Shown: positions 17,008 to 30,905, counted from the stretch's first letter. The stretch is 64,000 bases of DNA from Amoebidium appalachense (GCA_963693365.1 CAVNZM010000004.1:6606593-6670592); one strand, 5' to 3'. Numbers and translations are program-made. Notes: generated from the sequence alone by a model not told the origin.

Positions 17008-17463
17008 GGAGGGGGGAGGGGGAGATAAGTTCCTCACCACATCTCTGTGGGCCACATTCACGCTGTGTAAGTGCCTCAACCCCTCCACTATGTGCCGTGC
17101 CAGCCACAATGCCCTCCTCGGCTTCACCCCTCTCCTTGCTCCCACCGGCACCTTCTCGAGTTCGCAAACAAGGTCCCCGCCCTCCAAATATTCCTCCACT
17201 AAAGTGACGCTATGTGGCGAATCAATCACATCCAAAAGTCTGACAATGTGCTCATGATTGGTAGAAGACGCAACCTTGTGCGCCTCTGTAGCTCGAATGA
17301 TGCGTGCGGCTGTTACAGGGGTCTTGAAGTATGTTTTTACAACCAACCGGCGGTTTAGTTGTGTGTCAAAGGCCAAATTAACTACTTGAACCTCGTTGCG
17401 GGCAAGCGGTTTGAGCACGTGGAACCTGAAACATGGGGAAATTGTATGTTGGTTTTGACACAT
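15990..17463 (-). CDS. Ser/Thr protein kinase (CAMK-group-like), 2 exons
   Basis: Exon 1 17463-17038 (LVVK, HEHIVRLLD, VEEYLEGGDL, HRDV|GTGAG). Exon 2 16487-15990 (KLEN, IIDFG, GTPAYNPPE, VDMWSFGV, DPSERWTA). Confidence 0.92.
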
Positions 17464-17757
17464 GGTAGGCAGCAAGGTGTGTATGAGCAGGCGTCACTTT
17501 GCTTTTTTTTCAGTTTTCTTTTTTTTTTTTTTGCCCTTTTTCTTTTTGGTCTCCCTCTCTCTCTCTTTTTGCGTCCCGCCTTTCCTGCCTACCAGCGACT
17601 ATTTTCTCTCCTTTCTACTTCTACCTCTCTCTTCTACCACTACATCTTCATTGAGGAGGACAGTGAAAACCTTCAAAGAGAAAAAGTAGACAAAAATTCA
17701 CAAAAATTAGTGCAGGCAACACACTCCTTCCACGGGCCCCCACCCATCTTGCGTCAA

Positions 17758-17833
<76 letters not shown>

Positions 17834-19978
17834 CTTGTGCTGGCACGTGGTCACTGAAAACCCTCCAGACACCGGTGATGTGTCCGTCAGCGGCCGTGCG
17901 GCCTCTGCTTTCAGTTGCACAAACATGTTCAAATCCAAAAAGAATGGAAGGCAGGCGAGTTTGACAGCCGTGTGTAGTGTCAGGCACAGAGTATATCCTG
18001 TCGTTTGTTCCTCCCCAAACGCTCTTTATCAAGCGCAGAATAAAGTGTCAAAACTCAACAAATAGTGACTTTCTTGCCACGAGACGCAGGATTAATAACC
18101 GCTTTTTCAAAGGCGCAAACTTTGAGGATCGGATGCACAGCAAAAATGGCACCCAGCAGGTTATGTTTTTCAACGCTCGCGAGCGAAAGTGAGAATGTTT
18201 AATGTAGTTGCTGATTCAAAGGCAACTGCATGGCCGGGTGTGCATGAATTGATGTGTAAACCTGGTAGATTGAATCGCAGTTCTATAGTTCAGGCGTCGA
18301 TTGGCTGCCAATGCCTGTTCAACACTGCCCAAACAGTCCAACCGTGGCGGCGTTCTGACGGTTTGTGGGGTATATTGGTGCCGGATTGGAGTTCGTTGGC
18401 TCCCTACCAAAAAAATTCGGAACGAGAGGAGCAAAAAAATAAAAAAAGCCACAGCCACCCTGCTCTAGAAACCACTCGAACACGAGATGTTACAGCCCTA
18501 ATGGTCTTTTCTCCGCTATTGCTTCAGCTGCAACTGCAAGTCATGTGGTGCATCGGGCTGCTTTCTCTCAGTGACTAATTATCGTGGGCACAGGCGGAAG
18601 TTGGGTTCCTGTTTCTTGAATACATGAGTTGAAATAAAATGTATTTCGTGTGTTAACCAATGCTAAGTCGCAGCACATGTATTACGATTTACGAAACTAA
18701 CTACTCACAAAATATATCAGCGTTTTGACACTTGAGCTTCAAAGAAAGCAAAAGTAAACAAGGCGCAGTTTGCTCTTCTCGAACACGCCGGATGACAAGC
18801 TCGAGCTCTGACGCCAGAGAGAACCTTCCGGGATTTCGGTAAATATTTCCAAGCATATCTATGGTGCATAGATGGCGCCTCGAGTTAGGCTGTCACATAG
18901 GTTGCTTAGCATCCACAAATGCATTTTGTAGTTGCAGCCCGGATTAGGTCCATATTATGACATATTACTTGATGTAAAACCAAAAATATATACTCTTTAG
19001 AAATATACCTGAGCGTCAGCATTGCCCGAAGGCGTCAGCGAAACCAAACTTTGAGGAAGAGGTTTAGGCCGAGATAGATATGAGTTCGAAAATATCTCCT
19101 ATCATTCAACATTTTACAATATGAAAAAAAAAAAAAAAGGAAAAAAAAAAATGAAAAGAAAAATAAAAAGAAAAAAATGAAAAAAAAATGAAAAAAAAAA
19201 AAAAAATGAAAAAAAAAATGGAATTTGTTTTTTACAAGCAGTCATTGATATTAGGATAAGTTTGCCGCACTGTTTCAGCAGATTCAATTCACCAACCCAA
19301 TCAAATCATACTCCTCCTCATGCGCAACCAATCAACGAATAAAAGCATTTTTGTGGCTAATTGTGTTCAAATTGTCACCAATCCCTGGATTTCAACAAAA
19401 CCCATATATGGGCACATTTTACACAATCACAGGGTAAAAATAGATGATGTACAAAATGACCAGTATACAATATTAACGATATTTTGAAAGCAAATTCCTC
19501 GATTTTTGACCCTAGTTTAGCTTTTTTCAACCTGTTTTAATGGTGTATTCCTAGATCTATTCCTGCCCTGCCCACGGCAAGCTCTTACGTAATCGTGTCT
19601 CACTGGCACTGGCCTCGATAGGGTGCAACTCCCTGCCCAGACCTGAGAACTGGGGATCGACGGAAACTGTTGGTGTATATACTGTGATAGTAATACGCCA
19701 TACGGTCAAAGAAATACTGTAAACTAAACAATGAAAACATATATGAACTATTCGTACAGTGCCACACCTTGTGATTTGAAAAGGCGTGTACAGGGCTTCG
19801 TGCATGCCGCGTCACGTGCCCATGCCACGTGGATTTGGAGGAGTAGAAACGGATGCCGGACATCCAAGGCCTCCTATCACTCGAATAGGAGGCCTTGCGG
19901 ACATCCGATATGCTCCCCCCCCCCCCCCCCCCCCCCTTCCCGCCCTTCCCCCCTTCTCTCTCTCTCTCTCTCTCTCTC

Positions 19979-20020
<42 letters not shown>

Positions 20021-20639
20021 CTCCCTCCCCTTCCCTCCCCTCCACCCATCCACCCACGGCATGGGCCACCCTCACAAACCACCGTGGACACCCATGGCCA
20101 CCCGGTTTAGAATTACATTACGTCTTCCCTCTTTTTGTTGTGTTTAACGTTTTCCCAAACCACAATACTGTGGGGGAACATAGTGTCACCTGCATGTTGG
20201 TGGATTTTATTGTGTACTTGGCTGAAAGAAACGAATTGGTCTGGATGAACGAAAATAGTGCAAGAGGCCGGTGTAGGTGTGTGGGAAACCACTGGGGAGA
20301 CAAGAGGGGGCGGGAGACAAAGGCATTGTTGGGCGGTAGGGCACACACAACATCGAGCCCGCAAGGAAGGAGGAAGGGGCCCCGGGGAGGGAGGATTGGG
20401 GAGGGGGAGGCGGGGGAGGGGGGGGGGGGGGGGGGGGGAGGAGGGGGAGGGGGGAGTGGGAGGGGCTGCGGAACCGGGGGATGCCCTAAGGATCTAGAGA
20501 GGAGTGAGGGGGGGAACGGGGGAGGGGGCGCCGGGGGGGGGGGGAGGGGGGAGGATAATCGATAGAGAGAGGGGGGGGGGGGGGGGGGGGATGGGGGGGG
20601 GGGGGGGGATGGGGGGGGATGGGGGGATCGGGATTGGCA

Positions 20640-21050
20640 GCACGGGGACCAATAGAGACAGAAGAGGTGGGGGAGGGGAGGGAGGGAAAGAGGGAGGAGG
20701 GGGGAAAGTTGGTGGTGATGGTAGGGTGGGGGGGGGGGGGGGGGGGAGGGTTTGTTGGGGGTGGGGGGGGGGGGGGGGGGGCGGGGGGCAAACCGAACCT
20801 CCCTGTCGATTTCCATACATCTGAAGGACTCAAGACCGGTAATGGTTTTTCCGGGCCCCAACCACACGAGCAGAACGAGCTTGCTGGGAGCCAATTTGAA
20901 ATTTAAGATCTGCAAAGGGTTGTCTGTTGCGCACAAATAGAAAATTTAATATTCTGAGTTCTGTAGGAAGCAGAAATTCGATTCCTTTTATTATAGCTAT
21001 CTCGCTTTTAGCAGTATTATATTGGTGTAGCATAGACGCTCTGCCTGTAG
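20640..21050 (-). repeat. Dispersed repeat, inverted partner of 26410-26890
   Basis: AAACCGAACCTCCCTGTCGATTTCCATACATCTGA...GGGCCCAACCACACGAGC...CTTGCTGGGAGC matches the reverse complement of 26570-26690. A weaker match extends to AGCACGGGGACC (20640 vs ~26885). Confidence 0.8.
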
Positions 21051-21251
21051 AGGGATCATTCTGCTTTTAGCGGAACTTTTCCACACACACACATATACAC
21101 GCACACCTGCAAGCACGTACGCATGCACTCACGCATGTACGCGCGTCACACACATGCACGCACACAGGCACACACACACACACGCGCGTATACCCTCCCT
21201 CCCCCCCCCCCCCTCCTCCCCCCCCCCCCCCCCCCTCCCTCCCCCCCCCCC

Positions 21252-21282
<31 letters not shown>

Positions 21283-21761
21283 ACACACTGTGGGGCACAC
21301 ATTCGCAGACGGAGTCACACATTTACTACCTGGACAGCCAATACACAGGTTACACGGATATACACGGACACACACGTAAACACACACATGGACAGACACA
21401 TAGATAAAGACACGGACGCACAAACGAACGTACACCCCCCCGCACATCTATGCACAAGCTCACCATAGCAAACCCGCTGCACACTAGTAGGCATCCTGAG
21501 TGTGCCCGCATACATGTTAGTAACAGAGAGAGACGATGGGAGGAAAGAGCGAGAAGCTATGAGAGCAACAGACAAATACTTGGTGGGGGATGTCCGGAAT
21601 CTGGAAGAAGGAGAGGGAGGGAAGGAGGGAGGGGAGGAGGGGGAGGGGGGAAGGGGTGTGAGGGGGGCACGCGCGCCGGTGATCGTGTTGGTTTTTTTTT
21701 CCTTCCCAACGTTTTTTTTTTTTTTTTTTTTTTTTTTTTTGTTTGGGGGGGAGGGGGGGGG

Positions 21762-21838
<77 letters not shown>

Positions 21839-22528
21839 TGTGTTTGTGTGTGTTATAGTCTCTACCGTGTGCGGGGAGGGGGGGAGAGGGGGGGGGGGGG
21901 GGGAGGGGGAGCCGGTGAGAGCATTCGATAATCCTTGAGATATAACGTGAATACATGTGAAGCACCTGATAAAACCTTTGCATCATCGGACCTTTGTGCA
22001 ATCAACAAAAAGCGTTTCATTTTTAGTTGACTGGTCGCAAGGGCACGGCCCTCGGAAAATACTATAGCGCGTGTGATAATAGGTGACCTAAGAAGGAGGA
22101 TAGGTTTCCACAGCAATAGTAAATTTGATATCAATGGAAATTTTTGAGTGACTTGACCCTCGTGTAATTGTGATCTCTCTCTCTCCAACAAAAGCCCCAG
22201 ACTCAGAAACTTGTTGTTAGCTGCATGTTTTTCAAAATCACCCTAATTTAAAAAGGCATATTCGTTGGTTGAGCAGGCACCTTGACGTTGTAGTGACACC
22301 TATCATGGGTTCAACACATCTTAAACCGTTTCCATCTCCTAAACCCATTGACCGAACAAGCCATCACCATTATCTTTTAAAAACTTATAACGGCCTCTAC
22401 TAATTGGTGCAATGAGCCTTATAAGCCGCATCGCACTGCACCTGCTCGCACCATTGGTCAGTCACTCCTGTCCCTTTAACCGCTCGGCACTGATTGGTCG
22501 GGCGGAACTCGCAGCTTTCTTTAACAGT

Positions 22529-23855
22529 TCATTTAGTCTTGCGGCATGCATTATTGCTCATTACTTTAACGTCCTTGCTGACGCATATATCTTCTGTCCA
22601 GTTCACGTACAGAAGGAGGTTGGGTGAGCCTGGGCACTGCGGCAGGCCTTTAATGGCGTTGGGTGCGGCGCTTCCTTTAATCACCTTAACCACCTGATGT
22701 GTGGGTGGGTGTGTTAGTGATGTTTAATTAAAGGTCACTGTATGGGATTGAGGGTTCTGGTTTTGAAATGGAGATTTTTGGTTTTAAGTGGAGAATGTTT
22801 TTGTGTAGAACTTCTGAGGATGGAATGTGTTGGCCGTTTGCCTACACACGTGGTGTGTGTGTGAGTTTGCTTGTGTGCGTGTGTGTGCCTGTGCGAGCGC
22901 ACATGTGCCCGTGCGCGTGTGCCTGGTATGTGTGTATGTGGCGGGGTGTTGGTGTGCGTTGTGTGCCTATACCTATTGCTATGCCGGTGTGTGTGTGTGT
23001 TGAGAGGGAGGGGGAGGGGGGGGAGGGGGGGGTGGGAGGGGGGGAGGGGGGTGCCTGTGTGTGCGTGTGCATTTGTGGTGTGTGTGTGTGTGTGTACACG
23101 GTGTGTGTGTGTGTGCCGGGCCACTTACATCCTCCACGGTGGCATCTGGGAACATGCCGAGGAACACGGCCGCAGCGCCGGCAACATGGGGGGAGGCCCT
23201 GTGGACCGTGGGCCCATATTACTGTACTATATTTAGGTGCACGGTCCATAAATAGCACATTGTGGGTCAATGTTCCCACATGTATGCTATGATGGTCGAG
23301 AAAGCAGTTGGCGTAAAAAGATACGGCACAGTTTATATATATAGTTCAGTGTGGGCACATTAATACCAAAAATAGGGTGTCTATGGGCTATGAAGTATTG
23401 ACATGCACTGTACGGCAAGTGTTGCCATATGTAACTGAATTATCGATGTATGTAAGAGCAATGAAAGCCCAATACGAACCAGAGTTGTCGTGCATTTTTT
23501 CTTTCCGTTTTTCTTTTTCTTTTTCTTTTTTACCCTTTGTTTGTCCCCGGAAAGGGGGGAGGGGAGGGGGGGGGGGGGGGGGGGGGGGGAGAGGGGGGGG
23601 GGGGGGGCGGGGGGAGCAGCATAGGTGGTGGTGGTGGTGGTGGGGGGGGGGGGGGGGGGGGATTACTTGGATGTGCCCTGCAGGTAGGCGGTGTTGTTTC
23701 GGATGCTGCCGTTGGGTCTGTATGTGCTCCATATGTTCGTTCCTGCCATGGTGGGGTCATCATTAGCGGCTCTTTTTACCTATTTATGGAAAGTGCTGGG
23801 CGGGAATTTTTAACAAGAGGACAGGATGGGCACTCCGTGGCCCAGGCATAGAAAA
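22529..23855 (-). pseudogene. Subtilisin (S8, proteinase K-like) C-terminal gene fragment
   Basis: Exon 23197-23129 gives PHVAGAAAVFLGMFPDATVED and exon 22693-22529 gives VVKVIKGSAAPNAIKGLPQCPGSPNLLLYVN...*. An upstream degenerate exon (~23855-23733) carries frameshifted FYA/GHGVPILSS and MAGTN where GTSMA is expected. No N-terminal exons were found. Confidence 0.75.
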
Positions 23856-24940
23856 AGAGAAAAAGAGATCGAGAGAGTGGGGGGAGGGACAGGGAAAGGA
23901 AGAGGGAGAGGGAAAGGGAGGGAGGGTGGGAGAGGGAGGGGAGGGTGGGAGAGGGAGGATAGGAGAGGGAGGGACGGAAGAGAGGGGGGAGGGAGGGGGG
24001 CCGGAACAAATGGAATAGAAAGTGCGCATTCCCACATGCACCCACGAGCAGGGAATGCTACGGTATCCACTTACTGTGAACATACACAAAGGTGTAAACC
24101 GAACAAGACCCCCCCCCCCCCCCCCCCCCCCCCAAAAAAAGGGGGGGGGGGGGGGAAATAAAATCTGAGAATAGATAACTCAAATGCTTTGTGAAAACTC
24201 CGAGACATGAACACACATGGATGCATGCAAGCGAGCACGTACGTATGTCTGCACAAGTATCCACAAATCCCCCCCCCTCCCCCCCCCCTCTCCCCCTCCC
24301 CCCTCCCCCCCCCCCCACACACACACACCACCTACCCACCCAACCACACCCAAACAACAGCAACAATAACACCAACCCCCTTCCCCCCCTTCCCCCCCCC
24401 CCCCCCCCTCCCTCCCCCTTGCCCCCGTCCCCTTCTCCCCCCCCCCCCCCCCCCTCCCCACACCTCCCTCGCCTCGCCCCCAAACTTCAGCCCTATACAA
24501 GAAATGTCCTCAGACAACAAATTTTCTGCTTTCAAAATTGAGTCATGTAGCACTTTATTCACCGTTCTTCTGAATAAAACTGTTTTCCCCCTTTCACACC
24601 CACACCGTCACAAGAACACCCTTAATGATTCTCACACATCCGCATACACACACCCATACAAACACAAGACACACTTGACAACACCTCCGCATATGCACCC
24701 ATTTACCAAACCACGTGCACCCATCCGTACTAATCACCAACCCTCTCCCTGTCCCCCCCGCTCTCCCCCCCGGCTCCGCCCCCACCCCCCCTCCCCCTCA
24801 CACACACACACAAACACAAACAAGCACAATCACCTATAACTCTCCCCCTCCCCGCCCCCCCCTCCCCGGGCCCCCGGCCGCCCACCTGCCCCGTCCCCGC
24901 CCTCCCCCCCCCCCCCCCCCTCCCCCTCCGTGCCCTACTC

Positions 24941-24975
<35 letters not shown>

Positions 24976-25100
24976 ACAAACACGCACACACACAACACAA
25001 TCACCTATAAATCCCCCCCCCCCCCCCCTCCCTTCCCCCCCCTCCTCCCCTGCCCCCCTCCCCTCCCCCCCCCCCCCCTTCCCCTCCCCCACACACACAG

Positions 25101-25424
25101 CTCCGTGAGACCCTCCTAACCACAGCCACAAAAGCCAACACCAACCCATTCGGCAACCGTGAAATCTTCCCCTCCCGCATTGCCTATTCCAACATGGGCG
25201 TTCCCAAACTCTGCGGCTCAAAGGCTTTTAGTGTCACGGACGCGGTTTGCCGCGCCGCCAACAGCGTACCAGAGTATAGGTCTCTGTGCGAGGTTACTGG
25301 AAGAACAAATGACAGCACAAAGTGCGTCAGTATGGTGCCATCTCGCATCCCTGATGAGTGGTGCCAGCAGGTGAACTGTGACCCTGCTTACAGCAATATC
25401 TGCCAGCGCGTGTGCGTCAACTGA
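25101..25424 (+). pseudogene. Orphan terminal exon: subtilisin-like C-terminal helix plus small Cys-rich domain
   Basis: CACACAG|LRETLLTTATKANTNPFGNREIFPSRIAYSNMGVPKLC...KCVSMVPSRIPDEWCQQVNCDPAYSNICQRVCVN*; 108 codons open from the acceptor. Upstream exons are not visible. Confidence 0.55.
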
Positions 25425-25531
25425 TCTTTAATAGATTAACTTGATCGGATGCATATGTGGATGTATATGTCACGGCACAATCAACGTAAAGAGTAGTGGG
25501 GTAGGGGGGTGGGAGGGGAGGGGAGGGGGGT

Positions 25532-25576
<45 letters not shown>

Positions 25577-26253
25577 TTTTTGGTGCTCATGGTTAGACTA
25601 GAGTTGCATTTGAGTCCTAAAGGCCATTTGCTCAGTAATGTTGAAGTCACGCTGTTGGTTCGTTGTTACTTCCACGGCCTTTTTTTTTAATCCTTCACTT
25701 AATCGTGGTTCAGTTGTATGTTGGTTTCGTGTCTTTCTTTTCCCCATAAATTTGAAAATGAATAAAGAAATTTGGACCTCTTTCACCTTTATCAGCGACT
25801 TCCTCCTAGCAATTTCTTCACCGCGACCTTTTTGAACCAGGGTGTGTTGGGCGAGAGAAAGGGGGGGGGGACGGGGGGGAGGGGGGAGGAGGGGGGGGGG
25901 GCTACCCCTTCCTCTCCCTCCCCGCCCCACTCCCATCATCTGTCAGTTGCAGCTCTCCCATCAAGTTCTCGCTCTTTCCTCCCACCACCCCTCTCTGTCT
26001 GTGTGTGTGGTGCCGGCACACATAGGATGCCTAACAGTGTGTATTGCAGTGTGTACGGTACGGTGTGTGCGCATGGATAGATATTCAGGGGTGTGTGTCT
26101 CCTTTTGTGTTTCCGTGTGTGTATCCATCATGACATGTTATGTCACGGTGCTACAGTACGTGTGTGTCCGTGCACATCCCTGTATCTACATTTGTATTGG
26201 CTGTCCATTAGTTATTGTGTGTCTCCATGTGTGTATGTGTGATCCACGGTGTA

Positions 26254-26362
<109 letters not shown>

Positions 26363-26409
26363 GTGAGCGCGCGCGCGCATGTGTGCGTGCATAATTGTGT
26401 GTGTGGAAT

Positions 26410-26890
26410 AGTTTCTTCTACGAGTAGAGCGTTGCTACACGCAATATGATACTGCTAAAAGCGGATAAAACTATGCTAAAAGCAATCAAATTCTTCAGCT
26501 TCGAGCAGAAAGGTTGTGCTAATTTAAAAAGAACAATGTTTCTGCCTTGTGCGGGACAGTCGGCTTTGAATTTTGCGGAATTTGAGTTTTGCTCCCAGCA
26601 AGTTCATTTGCTCATGTGGTTGGGCCCAAAATGCCATCACCTTGAGTTTTTCAGATTTATGGAAATCGACAGGGAGCTTCGGTTTCCTTCCCCCCCCCCC
26701 CCCCCCCCCAAAAAAAAAGAGAGAGAGAGAGAGAAAGAGAAAGAGAAAGAAAGAAAGAAAGCAAAAACAAAAAACAAAAGCTCCGAGACGCCCACCCCCC
26801 TCTCTGTCCACCTCCTCCTCCCCTCCCCCCTCCCCCCTTCCCCCTTCCCCCTCCCTCTCTTCTCTCTCTAATAGGTCCCCGTGCTTCCCC
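26410..26890 (+). repeat. Dispersed repeat, inverted partner of 20640-21050; followed by degenerate ~200-bp tandem units to ~27350
   Basis: See the partner feature. GCTC(C/T)GA..CC(C/A)ACCC(C)CTCTCTGT and (G/A)(G/A)CCCC(G/A)TGC motifs recur near 26780, 26985 and 27180. Confidence 0.75.
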
Positions 26891-27108
26891 TCCCCCCACT
26901 CCCACCCCCCCCCCCCCCCCTCACAAAAAAGGGATAAAAATAAAAATAAATAACTTAAATGAAACAATATACACGAAAGGAAAGCTCTGAACCGCCCACC
27001 CCCCTCTCTGTCTCCCCCCCCCCCCCCCCCCCCCTTCCTCTCTACATATTGAGACCCCGTGCTGCCCCCCCCACCCCCCATCCCCCCCCCCCCCCCCTTC
27101 CTCCCCCC

Positions 27109-27139
<31 letters not shown>

Positions 27140-27430
27140 AAAAAAGAAAAACGGCGAAAAGAAAAAACAAAACAAAAAAAGCTCTGAAACTCCCACACCC
27201 CTCTCTGTTATCCCCCCCCCCCCCCCCCCCCCCCCCGACCCCACTTCCCCCTCCCGCCCTCCCCACTCTCTCTCTCCTCCCCCCCTCCCCCCCCCCCCCC
27301 CCCTCCCCCCCCCGCCCCTCTTCTCTCTCCATTGGGTCCCCATGCCGCCCCCCCTCCCCCCCCCCCCCCCCGTGGCTGCCCCTCCCATTCCCCCCAATCC
27401 CCCCCCCTCCCCCCCCCCCCCCCCCCGGGG

Positions 27431-27463
<33 letters not shown>

Positions 27464-27926
27464 ACCAATGGGCATGGAACACTGATATCATCTTTTGGAG
27501 CATGTGCAAAGTTTTGGCTGAGTGGCACACAGTTTGTGCACCATCATGATGCATGTCGTAGTGTACACTGTACATGTGTAGAAGAGACAGGACAATGCAA
27601 TACGTTGAATCATATGGGTTTACTGTGAAAAAGCTGTTACAAACAGCTTGCATTATGATTATCAAACTCTTGCTTTTGTGCCATGATATTGATTCTCAGA
27701 GTCTCTCCTAACGGCAAGTTCATACTAAAATACAAGACATGTTCTTCTACCACCTTGCATATGCATGCACCGTCTTATTGAATAAAAGCATGAGTCTACG
27801 AATTCCATGTCATTGATGTGCCTATTAAGCACTACTCATGGCTTTTCATGTCAAATTTCCGGCATGCTGAACCTTGCAAATTTCGTGTAATGACTCCCTT
27901 ATTTAAACTATTGAAGCTTTACGAAC

Positions 27927-29627
27927 CTACTCCTTCTTGCGGTTGACGGATGTGGGCTTGCGCTCAAAGCCGACCTTGAACTCGTCAAACAGCGTGTCGG
28001 TGTCTTCGAGGGCCACACCTGCCGTCTCGGGCACACAGGTGTAGACAAACAGGGTCATTGTGGCAATGAAGCACGAGAAGAACACAAACGTGCCCCACAG
28101 GTTGAACACGCTGGGCCGGTACAGGTACGGCGTGACCTTGCCCACCACAGCGGCCATGGCCCAGTTGGTGGCCGTCGACACGCTCATGCCCTTGCCGCGG
28201 AGGTTCTGGGGGAAGATCTCGGAGCACAGCACCCACACCACCGGGCCCCAGCTGTAGGCAAAGCCGCACACAAAGATGACGGCAAAGACAATCACAAAGA
28301 TGCCCACGGTCTCGTTTGTCTTGAAGTCAAACAGCGGCGACGCCATCATCGCACAGCCGGCCGTGCCGACAAACTGCATAATGCCGCCGGTGACCAGCAG
28401 GGTGACGCGGCCGCTGCGCTCGACCAGGTAGATGCAGATGAACGTGGCCAGGAAGTTGAACGTGGTGAGTGCAAGGTTGGCCCACAGCGCGCCGGTCTCG
28501 CTGAAGAAGGTGGCAAAGATGTCGGGGGCAAAGAACATGATGGCGTTGATGCCGGTCAGCTGCTGGAAGAACTGCAGCAGGGCGCCGACCATTGTGCGGT
28601 AGCGCATGTTGTTGCGGCTGCTGAACGTGTCGGCCCACGAGCCCTCGCCAATGGCCGCGTCGGCCTCCACGCAGGCCGTGATGTTTGCCAGCTCGGCCTC
28701 GACCTCGTCGCTGTGCCGCACCCGCTGCAGACACGTGCGCGCCTCGTCGTAGCGGCCCTTCTGCACCAGCCAGCGGGGGGACTCGGGCAGCAGGAACATG
28801 GCACACACCATGATGATGGCAAAGAAGATGTTGCCGCCGTACGACAGCCGCCAGCCGGGCGTCCAGTGCTTGAGCCCGACGTTGGCTGCGGCGGCCAGCA
28901 GGATGCCGAAGGTGATGCACAGCTGCTGCAGCGTCACCAGCACACCACGCACGTGCTCGGGGGCCATCTCGGATTGATACATGGTCACGGCCATGCTGAG
29001 CGTACCAATAGCAACACCGCCAATGAACCGGCCGGCGTACATGACACCCATGGTGGGGGGGAAGATCTGCATGACCACGCCCACAATGAAGATGATGTCG
29101 TTGAGCATGAGTGTCTTCTTGCGGCCCAGGTAGTCCGTCTGTGTGCCGGAGGTCAGGGCACCACAGAAGCAACCGATGGTGAAGAGGAAAGAGATCCAGC
29201 CCTGCTGGTCAGACACCCACGCTGGGTTGTACTCCCACGCGTCCTCCACACACTGCGTGAGCACCTTGCCGTTGTACACCGTGCCGTTAGCAATGCAGTC
29301 GACCTCCGTCTCGGCGCAGCCAAACCGCATGCAGTAGTCGAGGTCGCTGGTGGGGACGGGGCCGGCTGGGCAGCACACTGCTGGGGGCCAGCCAAAGTGC
29401 TTGCGGAAGGACGGCATGACCAGCGTGCCGCCGGAGCCACCAATGTCGTAGCCAAAGAGAAGACCGCCAAAGGCCGCCATGATGGCCACCACAATCACAA
29501 ACGTCTTGACAGGCCGTGTGCGGTCGAGGGGCTGGCTGGCCACCTTGCCCACGGCAGAGTCGACATTGAGCACGCCATGGTCGGCCGCCTGCCCGCTCTT
29601 GTACTTTTCTTCAACATGCGAATCCAT
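27927..29627 (-). CDS. MFS sugar porter family hexose transporter, copy A (intronless, 566 aa)
   Basis: AAFGGLLFGYDIG, DYLGRK, GRFIGG, YQSEMAPEHVRG, PESPRWL, QQLTGINAIMFFA, VERSGR, WGPVVWVLCSEIFP and VPET motifs. Confidence 0.97.
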   Translation of the reverse strand: MDSHVEEKYKSGQAADHGVLNVDSAVGKVASQPLDRTRPVKTFVIVVAIMAAFGGLLFGYDIGGSGGTLVMPSFRKHFGWPPAVCCPAGPVPTSDLDYCMRFGCAETEVDCIANGTVYNGKVLTQCVEDAWEYNPAWVSDQQGWISFLFTIGCFCGALTSGTQTDYLGRKKTLMLNDIIFIVGVVMQIFPPTMGVMYAGRFIGGVAIGTLSMAVTMYQSEMAPEHVRGVLVTLQQLCITFGILLAAAANVGLKHWTPGWRLSYGGNIFFAIIMVCAMFLLPESPRWLVQKGRYDEARTCLQRVRHSDEVEAELANITACVEADAAIGEGSWADTFSSRNNMRYRTMVGALLQFFQQLTGINAIMFFAPDIFATFFSETGALWANLALTTFNFLATFICIYLVERSGRVTLLVTGGIMQFVGTAGCAMMASPLFDFKTNETVGIFVIVFAVIFVCGFAYSWGPVVWVLCSEIFPQNLRGKGMSVSTATNWAMAAVVGKVTPYLYRPSVFNLWGTFVFFSCFIATMTLFVYTCVPETAGVALEDTDTLFDEFKVGFERKPTSVNRKKE

Positions 29628-29970
29628 TTCTGGGTTTTTTTTTAGCCTATACACGCCTTAAGTGCTATGGTATTGCTAAGTGTAGATATCAAACTATACA
29701 CTTTCGATCAGACTTGTTGAAGTTGCTGACTGACTGAGGCCTGGTGACCGGCTCCGTGTTTATATACTCTCGGTGGCCAATCACACAGGTCGAAAGACGA
29801 ATGCCAATCAAATATAAGTGTGTCAGTCCACATTCCAAAAATGGGTTGATTGGAGCCCTCCTTTCAGCTCATTGGTTCATTAACCATCTATGATTGGTCT
29901 TATTATTCGATTGGTCAAAGTCCACAGCCAATAGGAATGTTAGTGCTTAGTTTTGTGGCATTCCAGAGAT
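29628..29970 (-). promoter_or_regulatory. TATA plus multiple-CCAAT promoter of sugar porter A
   Basis: TATATAAA at 29766-29759 and several CCAAT/ATTGG boxes; homologous to 37110-37459. Confidence 0.65.
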
Positions 29971-30782
29971 CTGTGAATTTCGAAACCGCGTTGAACTTGG
30001 ACCATCCACCAGACTCCAGTATATAAAAAATTCAGAGGAAGCCTGTTTGTCAATTAACTTGTCACGAACCTATGAGTGATTTATTTGGCTGAAGAGCAGC
30101 TTGATTTGCGATTGGATAGTGTTTGTGCACACGTGTGCCACTGTCTGCACTGTCTGTGTCACTGACTCAATCGCATTGGCTACTGGCAGCTTTTTTTCTG
30201 CTGTAGTGTAACCGTCAATCAGATCCGAAGCCACCTGCCTAATTCGGAGCCTTTGATATGCTTTGTCAGAATGTCTGTTTGGTAACCTTGGATTCGAATG
30301 TGGGGCATATCATCCGTGAACACCACATCATGTACATGTTGCTGTTATAGCTATCAACACCATATGCATGCATATATGGCCAGACCTGACCTATTGAGAT
30401 TGACACGTGCCCCGCATGTACATGTGTGAGAACTTCAAAAAAATTAAATCCACTGATCATAACAAGAAAAAAAAAAACTAGTAGTATCCAAATACAAACA
30501 GAAAGGAGAAGGGAGATGAAAGAATTGGGGGATTTCTTCGTCATTATTAGGTACCTATAGGAGAAACTGGGTGGCCGGCATCCAAATATGAATATGTAGA
30601 AAGAGGAATCGGGGGAGGGGGGGGAGGGGGGGGAGGGGGGGGGGGGGGGGAGGGGAAGGGGGGGGGGGGGGGGGTCCACGGGAGCACCGGCATCACTCCA
30701 TCACTTGAACATGTATGTGCAAGGGCAGCAGACACGTGTGCACACAAGATTCTGACCTGACACACATACACACACGCACCGT

Positions 30783-30905
<123 letters not shown>

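Noticed and set aside
19865-19897. 13-bp perfect stem-loop CAAGGCCTCCTAT/ATAGGAGGCCTTG
   Set aside because: Isolated, with no tRNA/snoRNA features or Helitron CTRR end; function cannot be supported.
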